Of a DNA stretch of 46,152 bases, positions 34,507 to 46,152 are shown piece after piece (positions within the stretch are counted from its first letter, which is position 1; the number at the start of each line of letters is the position of its first letter). The stretch covers positions 1 to 46,152 of the forward strand of contig JAHBMJ010000526.1 of the NCBI GenBank assembly GCA_018398765.1, read 5' to 3'. The notes beneath the pieces were generated by a model that saw only the letters and a program-made list of their open reading frames with translations, searched no databases and was not told the DNA's origin. The position numbers and the translations under genes are program-made. Source of the DNA: Chromera velia. Lineage: Eukaryota.

Positions 34507-37500
34507 CTATGCTTTCCCCCCTGCCTTGATCATCGCCTGGTTGTACTCCTTGAAGGTCTGTCCCCAAACGTCTGCAACCCTGACGTCCCTCCCGCACCCC
34601 TGACGGTAGTACTTGTACAGCGGCGCCGTGGTTATGTAGTAGTTCTGGTGGTATCCCTCTGCTGGCCAGAAGAAGTCGGGAGCTTTGACGATCTCCGTCA
34701 CCACGGGCTGGCCCTTCAGCGCTGCAGGTCCGAAGAGGAAACAAGATATATGAAATCAAAATACAAAGAAAGAGGGGGAAGAAACCGAGCGCGGTGAGGA
34801 GCCTTCGTGCATCCGGACTGAAAAGCATCAGCACCACATCTTGAGAGAGAGGGAAAAAATCGAAACGCGAATCGCTCTAAGCATGAAGGTATGAGTGCAT
34901 ACATGAATCAGCAAAGAGAAGAACAAAAGAAGGAAGGAAGAACGCCGATGCTTCTTTCTCTCTAGTGTGTGTGGGCGGAGGGGGGTGCGCGTGCGTGATT
35001 TTCTCCCTCTCTGTAAGAAATCCCCAGTTTCCAGAACGTCCCTCTCTCCGATTTCCACCTCTTTCTCAAGAACTCGCGCCTTTCCACCCCCATCAACTAC
35101 CTACACTAGCTCTCGATCGATCTGACGAAGCTTCCTCCCTCCTTACCTTCCTTCTCGAGCGCCTTTCTGGATTCCCACGCGGCCTGTCTCTGTGCATCGT
35201 CAAGGTAGAAGACCGCAGACCTGGAATGCTCACACACACACACACACACACAGAGAGAGAGGGAGGGAGGGAGAGACATACCACACATCAGTGAACACGC
35301 ACAGCATCCAGAGAGGGACATCTTGTCGCACGAGACCACGAGTGAAAATTCAGTCCTTTGCAAGCGTCAGGAGCAACAAAAACACATGCAAGAGCGACCG
35401 TGCGCGCGACAGAAACGGTTAATCAACAGAGGTGACGACTGCTCTCCCTGGCTGCGACTGGTGATTCTCCCCAGAGACGGGGGTTGCCATCTCTCTTTGT
35501 TTCTCTTGTCTCTCTATATGTCCATCTATCCTTTCTTCCCTCACTCCCTCCTCCCCACCTCTCCCCCCCTCTCTCTCTCCTGAAACAGAGCAATCAACCT
35601 TGCACATACACACGCACACCCACGCTCTCTCTCACACAAATAGCAGTGACTCTCTCTCGAAAAAGACCATGCACCAACCACTGATCATCTCATCCAGCTG
35701 TCTCGAGAGGCAGGGATGATCTCTGCACTGCCTAGCTGTCAGTGTTCATTCTGCTGTTCTTCCTCAATAGCCCCCATGCACCCCCCCATCCTATAGGTCC
35801 CATCGGACCTATAGGACGCTCCCTTATCGCAGAACTGCCCCCTGGGGTCTGTCGGGTCAATCGAGTGGAAGAATCTGTCCACAAGGGCGTCGTAGGAAAT
35901 CTGTAACTCCAAGCAAGCAGGCAACATCGTTCAGTGCAGGGGGAAGGAAGAAGGAAGACAGGGGGATCCATCCCGCATGCCTTTTCTTGAAAGGAAAAGA
36001 AAGATACATGGAAGGACAAGACATGCTTGTGAGCAAAAGAGAGTTCGATTCAGGCACGGGAGGTTCAGGAGGGAGTGGCCGAAATGTGGGAGTGCAGAGA
36101 AGGACCGAGTGTCGAACGCGTCTCTCAACAACGACTACCTTACTCACTGACTGACGTTCATTTGAAGGGTAACACGGATGCATTGACGAAGAGACGGACG
36201 GCAGATGCATGAAATTTAAATGGATCCGAAAGACGGAAGCATGGAGGATCAAAAAGCAAAGGAAAGGATGAGAAAAGCAAGACGAGGAGACCGACGGCTG
36301 TATGCATCTGTAAACACCGACTGATTGACTGACTGACCACTTTCGGATCAAAAACAACTAGCACAGATTCCTTGTGACCAGTCCTCCCTCTACAAACCTG
36401 CACAGACACACCAGGAAGACCCACGGACAGGCAGACAGGCAGGCAGGCAGAGGTGCATTCGAGCGGCAGACAGGGGGTCGAGCTAGGAAAACCGGCTTGC
36501 TTGAAGCACAACAGTAGATGCACTCATCGACTCCAGAGCCAAAAGCAGGGGGGCAGTGGATCCATCCCGACTGTCTGAATGCAGACAGACAAATCAGAAA
36601 GAGAACCAACTTTCATGAGTGGAAACAATCTCATTGCTCGTTCCCCCCTTCCGTTTTCCTCCCCTCCCCTCTGACCTCCTTGTAGGAGGGGAACGCCACA
36701 GTCCCGCCCTCGTACCCCGAAATGACCGAATTGACTCCGGGGACCGCCTCCAGATCTGCACGCCCGCACGCACACATACACACACACAGACAGACACAAA
36801 TGGTGTGACTTGTCACCGTACACTTTTTTCTCTGTTCTATTGGCCTGGCTGCGAAGCGTCTCCAGACGCATTGACCTCCGTGACGCAACGGAAACGAAAG
36901 GACGATTCTTCGTCTCACTTCCATTTCCCTTCACTTCGACCAATAGTGTTTCCCGTCGATTACTGTTTTCTTTCCCATCGCATTTTTCCTGAGAGCAAAA
37001 ACAAGTCCTACATAACTCACCTGACTCCACACACCAAAAGCACCCTCCAGCGAAGCTCGCCACGTCGAACCCCTTTCTTTGCACCTCCTCCCGAAAAGCC
37101 GCGATGGGCGGAACGTTCTCTCCATTCTCCCCTACACTTTCCCTGTCGAATTCGTATCTGTCCAAGTCAGGAGCCCACAGCAAAGCTGCCGCAGAAGCAG
37201 GACTCAGCTTGACCTCGCCGCCAAGAATTTCGGTCGAGATGCCGACACCTTCTGTCAAGGAGGGGGAAACACCCACTCCCCATTGACGAAGCCTTCCTGC
37301 CGTCTCTCCGCCTCTTTGGGGCCAGAGACTGCTTGTAGTGCCGACAGACGACTGCAAAAGCTCACTCGCTGTTCTGGTCACTGCAACCTCATTTCCGACT
37401 GCCTCTACCCTCTCTTGTGCTGCAGACAAAAATGGGGCACAAAGAAACTTTGAGATTATCACTGTAAGCACAAAAACGAATCGACCACTTGCATGCTATC

Positions 37501-37698
37501 AAAATTCAAGCACTTCTTCTCTAGCTGACCCTGAAAGCCGAACGGCGACTGGTCCACAAGCGGCACAAAGGCAAACCCCACAGGCCTCCTCAGGTGCAGG
37601 CACCAAACATTTTCCACGCAGACGAGGCACAGGAAAATTACAAGGGGGACGACAGAAGGAAAACGCGAACGCACACACTGTGCCCGCATCCCCGACAT
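34507..37698 (-). CDS. msrA: Peptide methionine sulfoxide reductase MsrA with N-terminal targeting presequence
   Basis: Exons approx. 37514-37698 (hydrophobic leader), 37021-37419 (ASFAGGCFWCVES), 36676-36755 (DLEAVPGVNSVISGYEGG..PSYKE), 36339-36397 (VCRGRTGHKESVLVVFDP), 35808-35900 (ISYDALVDRFFHSIDPTDPRGQFCDKGASYR), 35107-35220 (SAVFYLDDAQRQAA) and 34507-34722 (VTEI..FWPAEGYHQNYY..YKYYRQGCGRDVR). Assignment of the first exon is less certain. Confidence 0.93.
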
Positions 37699-38994
37699 AC
37701 TGCGCACCACAATCCTACACAGATCAACTACGCACACACATATAGAAAACAGAAATTTTCCTACTACTACTACAACTACTACTCCTGTGACCCAAGCCCG
37801 CAACTGCCTGGGAGGTGTGCGTCAATGTCACTTGTTGGTCCACAGACGACGAATGACGACGATCCATGAAGGAACCGAAATTCGACGAGCCCCGTCTCCC
37901 GCCGCCGGGCCCGTGCACATGCACCATGCAATCACCATGCAGATCAGGCCCCGGCATGCCCCGGCATTTGAAACCCACACTGATCAAGTGGCCCGGAAAG
38001 CCTGAGGAAAGGTGGGTCTCCCCTCTTCCTTCTGAATCAACCTGGAAGGGTTCGGTTCGGTTTTTGGCCTTCCGGAGCGACTTGTGCTGCCTTTTATTTG
38101 TTTTTGGGCTGTTCCTTTCTTTCGTTCTGATCAACCTTGGGTTCAATGCAAACAGGTATTTGATACCGTGTTATGTTGTCCAAAGCCCGACGGTATTTGT
38201 ATGTTTACATTTCAATACTTCAGCCCAGGCTCCTAACCCCTAAGACCTAGTCGGGCCTAGTCAGACCTACGGAGTACGTACCCCTAAGATGCAAACGTTT
38301 GCTCGTGCAAGAAAGGCTATCTGTAAGAGGTTTACAGAGAGTTAAGGTGACAACGTCACAGCGCATTACAGCATACGTGTATAGGTATGCGTCACATACA
38401 CAGTGTGTGCACGTGAATCTCCAATTAACAATTAAGTATAAATAAATAAATAAAAAAGAGAATTGCGTTTATTTTTGTTTGCTCAGATCATTAACTGCTA
38501 TATCAGACATCATTCAAATTAAATAGTTTTAACGTTTAAAGAATTTCTGTTTGTCGATTGACATCGATAGATTACACTTCGAAGCAAACGAGAAACAATT
38601 GAAGCTACAAAGGGTTATGAAGGACGGAAAGCACCAATGATTGCCTCCAATAATGGAGCCAGCGACCTGATTGGTGAGCCCCTATCCTTCCCGTTCCTTC
38701 TTTTTTCGCTAACTTACAAAGAAACATTATCAAACATACAGGGCTCAAACAAGCGACTAAGAGAAACCTTAGGAAAGAAGACTCCATTTATATAAAAAAA
38801 GAAAGCACGCTTGCACTGTCCTTAGCCGTTGTCCACTGGCAGTTGTACCTCGAATTCACTTTCGCTGAAAAAAGAAAAGAAGGAAAAAGAAAGAGAAAGG
38901 GTCTATTTTGCAATGATTGAGATAGCGCAAAAGGAAAGAAAGGAACGAGGAGCTCATAAAAGGCAGAAGGATATTAAGTAAAAAGTCTGAGCCC

Positions 38995-39222
38995 CTAAAA
39001 AAGGGAAGCGCGCTGGCGGTCCTGCTGGCAGAACAAGCTGGGTCGAAAACTCTGCGCCCTCTTCTTCATGTCTTCCTGTCTATACCACCTCAAAAACTTT
39101 GAGCAGAAGACCCACACGGTCACAATTTGATGACAGAGAGAAAGAATGGACGCAATGAAAGAAGGAGCCGCCAGCACGCTAAAAGTGGTGGCGCTGGCTT
39201 CTCTCTGTCTCTCATCTTCCAT
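38995..39222 (-). CDS. Possible small membrane protein or terminal exon of unknown function
   Basis: MEDERQREASATTFSVLAAPSFIASILSLCHQIVTVWVFCSKFLRW... contains one hydrophobic segment; no family recognised. Confidence 0.2.
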   Translation of the reverse strand: MEDERQREASATTFSVLAAPSFIASILSLCHQIVTVWVFCSKFLRWYRQEDMKKRAQSFRPSLFCQQDRQRASLF

Positions 39223-39519
39223 TGTTAAGGAAGCAGGTTCAGGTTGGTCCTGATTTGTGGGTGAGGTTCTTTCTCCCGGCAGTGGGGGGGCTGGGGAGAC
39301 AGTGAGAGTGCCCCCGGAGTAGGTGTACCGTCTCTTCACTGCCCCCCAGAGATTTTCTGCCTGAGGGTGGACGGGTCGGTCGTCCTCTTCCTCTTCCCCC
39401 TCTCTGGTGCTGGTGACGCCTCGAGAAGGGAGGAACTGTTGTTACACCAGAGACGCTGGTGCCTTCCTTCCTCCCTGCTGGGGCCTTTGGGGACTGCAGA
39501 GGGGGAGGCCGTTTCGGAG

Positions 39520-39669
39520 GGGAAGACGGAACTAACGAAACGTCATGACGCCTGACGAAATCTGCAGTTTCGACTTGCTGATCGAAAGGAGAAGAAAACA
39601 GCAGCAACAGCCAGGGAAGACGGAACAACTAACACTTCATGACGCCTGACGAAATCTGCAGTTTCGACT
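39520..39669. repeat. Imperfect tandem duplication, period 94 bp, with a 33-bp identical core
   Basis: TCATGACGCCTGACGAAATCTGCAGTTTCGACT at 39543-39575 and 39637-39669, each preceded by GGGAAGACGGAAC. Confidence 0.9.
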
Positions 39670-42299
39670 GTATGTTGCACTGAGGGGGGAAATGCTATTC
39701 TTACAGAATTGGCCGGGTGATATGGTTTGTTATCAGTCCGGCCGGTGGCAATGATTGGTACATGGTATCGCTACGGAAGCCCCACGCGAGATTCGTCGCT
39801 GTTTCTCTTCGTCTCTGCGCAAGCGCCCTCTGGCAGGGAGGGATTCACGCTCATTCAGAAGAAACGCGGACAAACAGGGACAATGGAGTCGTACAGCCAG
39901 GAGGTTCCCGGGTCATCGGAGAGGAAACGGTCGATGTTATTAATTGTCGATTTCAGAAGCTTCGAGGAAGCAGTCAGACGAGAGAAGTGACGCAATCATC
40001 AAGGAGCCGCCAGCGCGCTCAAACTTTAAGTGGTGAACCTGCGCTTCGCAAACAGACTGAGTCCATTCGGAGTCTCTTTTTTCTTCTCTCTTGGCTCTAC
40101 CATTGTTTCCCAAGACCGGAAAACCCAAATGCGGTCAGATGAAAGCAAAGAAAAAAAAAAAGGCTGTTAAACTCAAAGAGGCCCGTTTGAGCGGAGTTAC
40201 GAAAACAAAAAGCAAACGTAAAAAGTGTCAATATGATTGTAAACAAACGTGTTTGTTTTTGTCCCCCTTTCTAGCTTCCCTCTTCTTCCCTCTGTTCGAC
40301 CGATAATACGCATTTAGGGCAGTCTCTCTTCAATGACAAAAGACGACAAAAGCAGAGAGAGGTCCAAAGAAGCTGCCGTCAGCTCATGATTTAAGTTGTC
40401 ACAAAATAAAAAGTACAGCTACACATATTTGCTTCAGGTCACGTAAAGAAAGAAAGCAGGAGAAAGAAAAGAAAAAAAACCCTGCATGCATGCCGGTTGC
40501 ACTTCTGAATAGAACGTACAATTTTGTACCTGAATTTCCTCCATCTCGATCGATATCTCCTTTCCTCCATCGTTCCTTTTCCACCATGATGACTTCCCGT
40601 CAAGAGGCAAGGAGAACAGATAGAAGAACACGCAAAAAGAATCCTTCCTTTCCCTAGCTTTTCCCGGCCCCTTCAGTCGATGCCTTGCTTTCGCTTTCGC
40701 CCGTCCCATGCAGCTTCAAAAAAAGTTCCCTGCCTGCAGGCCCGTCTGCTTTTTCTTAATTGGATGCATTCTCTCCCCTCAAGCTTGTCGCTCACTTTTT
40801 CCTGTATGTCGTCCTTTTCCCTACTGTTCCCCTCTCTTCACTTCCGTTCCCTTCCCTTCCCGTTCCCTTTCCTTCCGATGAGCGCGCGTAAAGGAAAAAA
40901 ACAAGCAATTCATTCTCCAGCAGTCACTGTGTCTATTTCTCAAAAAGACTCCGCCAGAATTAAGTGAAGAGGCCGGCCCTCTCTTCATTCTCTTCCATCT
41001 CCCCCCCCCGTCCCCCCCGCCCTCACACATACATCCAATCAATCTAAAGACGAAAGAAAAGGGGACCACCGTTCCATCACCCCCCAATCCTATGCAGCTT
41101 CCTTCCGTCCTCCCTCCCAACCATCTTCGTTGCATGAAAGTTTCAGGCAACACGGCCGCACCAGAGAGAGAAAGAAAATTGAAATTTCATGCATGCACAG
41201 AAAAACAAGTTGCCTTTCGTTCCTCCCTGCCAGCTCCAGCCAGCTCCCGTTCTGTCCCCTCGAAGCAAAATCGGGATCGCCTCTATGGTCATAGCTGCCA
41301 GTTCTGTTTTACAGTTCCATCGAGTGCCTGATCGATCGATTGATCCGCAGTCTACATGCATGAGTCTCTGCATGGGCCATCGTCTATTCTCCTTCTCACT
41401 TCCTTTGTTTATCTGGTGTGTCTTCTTTGTGCGATGCCCAGCTGTTGTGCGACGCGAACATCAAGTCCGCTTGCAAGAAAAAGTGGTGACGTAAAGGAGT
41501 ACAGCTAAAGCAAGTAATGCTAAAGGCATGCCCAGAGAGGTCCCATCTTTAAAGATACAACAAGAAAAAAAGAGTGGCCAAATCCTTCATTTATTTTCTT
41601 TATGGGACTGGCTGGCAGATGTGCTTTGACGCCGCTACCGCCCGCACAGACAGAAACTTGATTGGTCCGCCCCGGGCCGCTTCTTTGGTTCGCTGGCACT
41701 TCATTTGTGTTTTCTTTTTCTTCTTTCGCAATTTGATTTTTCAGGGGCTTTCAACAAAAGAGAAACAAAGAGTGCATGAAACAAACAAAGTCGTTGATGA
41801 AAAACGACGGAAGTGGAGAAAGGAAATGGAGCAACAACAGCAACAGCGTACCGAGTAGAGAGAAAGGGCATAAAAGGACGCAAACAAGGCCAAAGCCATG
41901 ATCGTAAGAAAAGATCCAGACCCGTGCACATTCAGGCCCCTCCCCCTCCCCTCCAATCCCATGCGTGTAAGAAGAAAATCCCATCCAAGGCATGCATCCC
42001 TCATTTGGTCAACCCTTCGAGAAGATCGAGGGAACATGGATCCATTCGAAGTCGATCGATGGAAGGAACAACAATCCGGCCATGGCAACCGGATGCTAAA
42101 AGTCCAAGGCAAGATCGAAAGAGGAAAGAGCGTGAAATTGAACTTTTTCTCTCTTTGTTTACTAGCTTTGTTTATTCCTTTTTTCTTTCCCTACGATCTC
42201 CTTCTTTTGCCTCCCCGGACGGGAAAAAAACCCCACCCCCCCGTGCCGCTCCTGCATGCACGATCGTTACCCCCTCCCGATATTTCCCCGGCCACCCCC

Positions 42300-45082
42300 C
42301 CTCAGTTCCTCGAAGCGCTTTCTGTACATTTTCAGCTCAACTGTCTGGTCTTCGAACAGCTGCGCCTGGTGTTCGAGGAGTTCCCTCAAAGCAGAAACCA
42401 GCTGCATCATGCGCAAACGCAGACACGACCAGAGGATAAATGAATAGAACTCAAAGTGGAACAATATCATCTTGTTTGCAAATTTAGTTGCTCCTCCAAC
42501 CTCCAATCCGCCTGTATCTCACACACAAGAGGATTCAGACATGTTGCATTCACTAACGGTGCACCCCATTTTGTTTGTGTTCCCAATTTTTTCTCTTTTC
42601 TGATGGGAGAAGGGGGGGGCAAAAGAAGAAAAAAGAATTGAGGAGCCCACTCACTGACCCCAGTTTTTTCCTCCAAGTGCCGGTCCCTCTCAGCGAGGTT
42701 CTTCCGTAATGATGCCAACTGCGCACCTGTCTGAAGTGCTTGGTGGCTGAAATTTTGAAGCTGTCTGCGAAGCTCTCGGTTTTCAGTGAAGGCTCGCAGA
42801 ATTTGTTGCTCGCGGTCTTGCATTTCTTTTTCGACTTTCGCTTTTGCCTCCCGGAGGGTGGCTTCGACCTCCTCTCTCTGCGCTTTGAACTGCTTCCACT
42901 TTTGACAGAAAGTCTCTGCCTTCTCCCTTTCGTGCTGCAACAAGTCACGCGCTTTTTCCAGGTCTCGGTTCATCTCAGCAGGACTGTTAGCGGTCTCCGC
43001 TTCTTTCTGCTGCAGACGGCAGATTTCACTTTCTTTTTCCTTTGCAGTGCAGAGGGCTGCCTCCTGCATTTCTGTAAGTTTGCTTTCGAGACAGTCTCTA
43101 CTCTGGAGCAATCGGTGCTCTGCGGACGCATACTCAGCATTCTTTTTCTCTGCTACTGAGAGGCGAGTTTGGAGCTCTTCTTTCTCCTGTCTTTCCTTGT
43201 CGACTGCCGTTTCTGCCTCCTCCTTCTCCTTCCGCAGGGTTGCTAGGCCTTGCTCCTTCTCTGTTTTCAAAATCTCTTGCTCTGCGTACAAACTCTCACA
43301 GAGGGACCCTGCTGCCTCCTTCTCCTTCTTCCATCTTTCTCTGTCCTCACACAGCACCTCTGCCCTCTCCCTTTCCAACTCCAACTGCTCCTCTACTTCC
43401 CGCATTTTGTGCTCGAAGTCTCGACGCATTTCGGTAAGACGATCGGAAGACACACCAGATCGAATTTCTTCCTGCTGGAAGTACTGCAAGAGAAAGGAGA
43501 GCACACGTAAAATTAAGACATGAAGGAAAGGATGCTTTGCGAAAGGCAACGGATCGATGTACACATACAGAACAGAGAAAGAGCAAGTGTCATTGTCAAG
43601 ATCATGCAGATCAGATCAGATCAGGTCAAAGCAATAACTGAGAGAGATCACGAAGAACAGATTGTTACACAAGATCCAGAAAGTGATTCAGAATGAAACA
43701 AAAAATGCCTCTGGAGAAGGACATAGGAAAGGCAAAAAGACGTACAAGGAAGCATGCAAAAGAAAGATGAATGAGACGCAAGACTCAGTCGAAGGAACAG
43801 ATGAAAAGAAGCAAACACTCACCTGGTACTCTGAGATTTTGCTTTCTTGAAAGCCGGCTTGCACACCCTTTCTCCCTTCATCTCCTGACACCTGATGTGC
43901 CTCATTCAGTGCAGCCTTCGGAATGGCCTCCTCCGTCTGAGAAGAGCTTTCTCCCCCACAGCCATCGCCTCTTGGCGGGGATGGCGGAGAATCAAGATGG
44001 ACCTGACGGCAGGCATCGAGGTTTTCTGTGTTTTTCTGAAACTCCCTGGAGGAGATTGGCATTTCTCTCCCACCTTCTTCTGTATCTGAATGATCTGGAG
44101 AGCGTGGGGAATGGGAAAACGTTCCATTGATTTCATTTTGGAAATCATTCTGTGTTGCTGCTACTGTATTGGGAGATTCTAATTCTTCATGCAGCTGGAA
44201 TGTGCTGTTTTCAGTCATGGAGAAAAGCGGGAATGAAGCTATGATCGGTGTGTCTCTGCTGCCGCGTTTCCAACGACGATGGGAGTCCCTTTCTGCCCTG
44301 AGCAGATCACGCTCTGCGTACAGAACCTCGCACTCCTTCTTCCACCTTTCTCTATCTTCACACAGCACCTCTGCCCTCTCCCTTTCCAACTCCAACTGCT
44401 CCTCCAGTTCCCGCATTTTGTCCTCGAAGTCTCTACGCATCTCGGCGAGACGGTTGTAGAGTCCTGTCTCTCTGTCGGGATTCTTGGGCTCTTTCTCAGG
44501 CTCCCACAAAGGGTTTGATTTGTATGTCCATCCTCCCTCTTGGGGGGGCAAAGAAGACCAATCAGTCACTGTGACCACCTCCCCATCCTCCTTGAAGTTC
44601 GCCCAATAGTCTCCCGGGCAACCCTCAAACCAGTCGTCGGAACTTGACTCGGCCTCCTCCTCTCTCTGCTGGAGACTGGAGTCTGGAAGGGCAATCGGAT
44701 CATGGGCTGGGAGGGGGAAGGCAGCAGTTGGTGCAGTCACTGCGTCTGTGCTGAGGCTCAGGGGCTCGTCTGTCTGTGTCCCTGTGTGTGTCTCCTCTGA
44801 ATCCCCTTGAAGTCCCTCAAGGCCGAAAGAAGACTGCTCTTGAGAGGCTTCGGCACTGTTGGCAGTGGGAGTGTGAGACTCACTGCAGAGAATAGGGGAC
44901 ACATTCATACAAAATTCTTAATGAAGGGAGAACTGAGTGCAGCAAAAGATCAACAGAAAAACCTCGAAATTTTCAAGATCACGAAGTAAGGTAGGCAACT
45001 CCTTGCTGAGCGAATCACGGAACAGCATCAACAGGCACGCGCACCCAGTTCAACCTGGTTAAGCTTGACAAGCCCATCACTT

Positions 45083-45114
<32 letters not shown>

Positions 45115-45149
45115 CCCCACACGCACACCCACCCACCCACACTCACTCA

Positions 45150-45185
<36 letters not shown>

Positions 45186-45606
45186 CCACTAGTAAAGGCC
45201 TTGAAGCCGAAGGATACCAATTGACCAAAAAAAGGGCAGGTTCAGCGATAACTGACTGTGTCGTGGGGAGTGCGCATTCTTCGAGGATGAAAATGTCGTC
45301 CTCCACAGACTGTTTGAGTGAGTGATATTCTCTGTAAAATTCCCTCACATTGATTCTCCTGTACTGTTCGAACGTGAGGCTCCCCAGGTTGTTCTCAAAT
45401 TTCATCACATTCGCAATCACTTCTGGCAGCGGAGTGGGAAGGGGGAGCCCAAAAGCATCTGCCCTCTCCTTCAATTCATTCACCAATCCCAGAAGTTCTG
45501 GAATTTCTCTCTGTTGCAAGTACTGCTCGTGTTTCCTGCGCAGTATCGAAGTCGCGGATCTGGAGGTAGACGGAACCAATTGTGATGGAACGTCCGACTC
45601 CATCAT
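42300..45606 (-). CDS. Multi-exon coiled-coil protein of unknown function; 3' end uncertain
   Basis: Exons approx. 45228-45606 (MMESDVPSQ...), 43823-44884, 42656-43473 (E/K/Q-rich heptads) and ~42300-42402 (LVSALRELLEHQAQLFEDQTVELKMYRKRFEEL). GTGAGT donors lie at ~43822 and ~42655, and CAG acceptors are present. Confidence 0.65.
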
Positions 45607-46152
45607 GGCAGACGCTTGTTTCTCGCTTACTCACACAACACACAGAACAGCCGAAGAAGAAGAAGCACAAAAGAGGTATCTGGCCAAAGATAGTCTGATC
45701 GTGTGTTGCTTTGCAAATCCTAACGCCTTAAATTGTTGTGTTGGCGCTAGCTTGGTGACTTCCAATTCAAGAAAAAGTTGGCTGACGTTGGAAGACGTGT
45801 CAAGGACACATGGATGAGAACCTACAAGCTTCAGGCTGTCAGATGCAGTGTTGTTGTCATACACTGTTGCATGCAATATATACCAATACAGTAAAAAATT
45901 AAAAAAATATATATATATACCGTGCATGTCGTATATGGCAAAGGCCGCAAGCGCGCGTGCTCATCTGTGTGACAGCGTATCGATCCGTCGTGCGTGTCTG
46001 TCTGTCTGTCTGTCTGTCTGTCTGCGGCAGCAGAGCTCCTTGCGAGCGAAGCAGGTCAGTGCAGGATCAACAAAGCAGGCAGAGAGACGAAGTGAGCGAG
46101 ACACTGCCCGAGCGAAGGAGTGCAGAGGGCTCCGCCGCAAGGGAGTCACAAT

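Noticed and set aside
38232..38290. CCTAACCCCTAA and CCTAGTC repeats as an interstitial telomere
   Set aside because: Too short and irregular; only two CCCCTAAGA copies.
39543..39669. 33-bp direct repeats as a mini-CRISPR
   Set aside because: Only two copies, flanking similarity extends beyond the core, and the context is eukaryotic.
1..46152. tRNA, rRNA or snRNA genes
   Set aside because: No cloverleaf or conserved rRNA/snRNA sequence recognised by eye; tRNAscan-SE and Infernal would be needed to exclude them.

Overview
Eukaryotic, intron-rich genomic DNA with GT-AG introns packed with microsatellites and two assembly gaps. The style (microsatellite introns, TGCATGCA/GATCGATC motifs, CxHGR zinc-finger arrays, a signal-peptide plus Phe-motif MsrA) suggests a photosynthetic alveolate such as Chromera; this is inference. 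Core genes are a divergent CLK/LAMMER-like kinase (-), LUC7 (+), the 26S proteasome ATPase RPT3 (-, 13 exons), MsrA (-) and a coiled-coil orphan (-). Between RPT3 and MsrA lies a ~10 kb accessory island bounded by AT-rich DNA. It contains an intact spliced Merlin/IS1595-type transposase, a decayed ankyrin-HET(TIR-like)-LRR gene, a MITE with 26-bp inverted repeats, and an intronless frame encoding two tandem modules of an 18-aa CHCC zinc-finger array fused to a virus/phage-type HNH-like nuclease. The last is the best candidate for an undescribed system: a natural modular zinc-finger nuclease with hypervariable repeat positions. Exon borders were read by eye and may be off by a few bases. No database searches were run.
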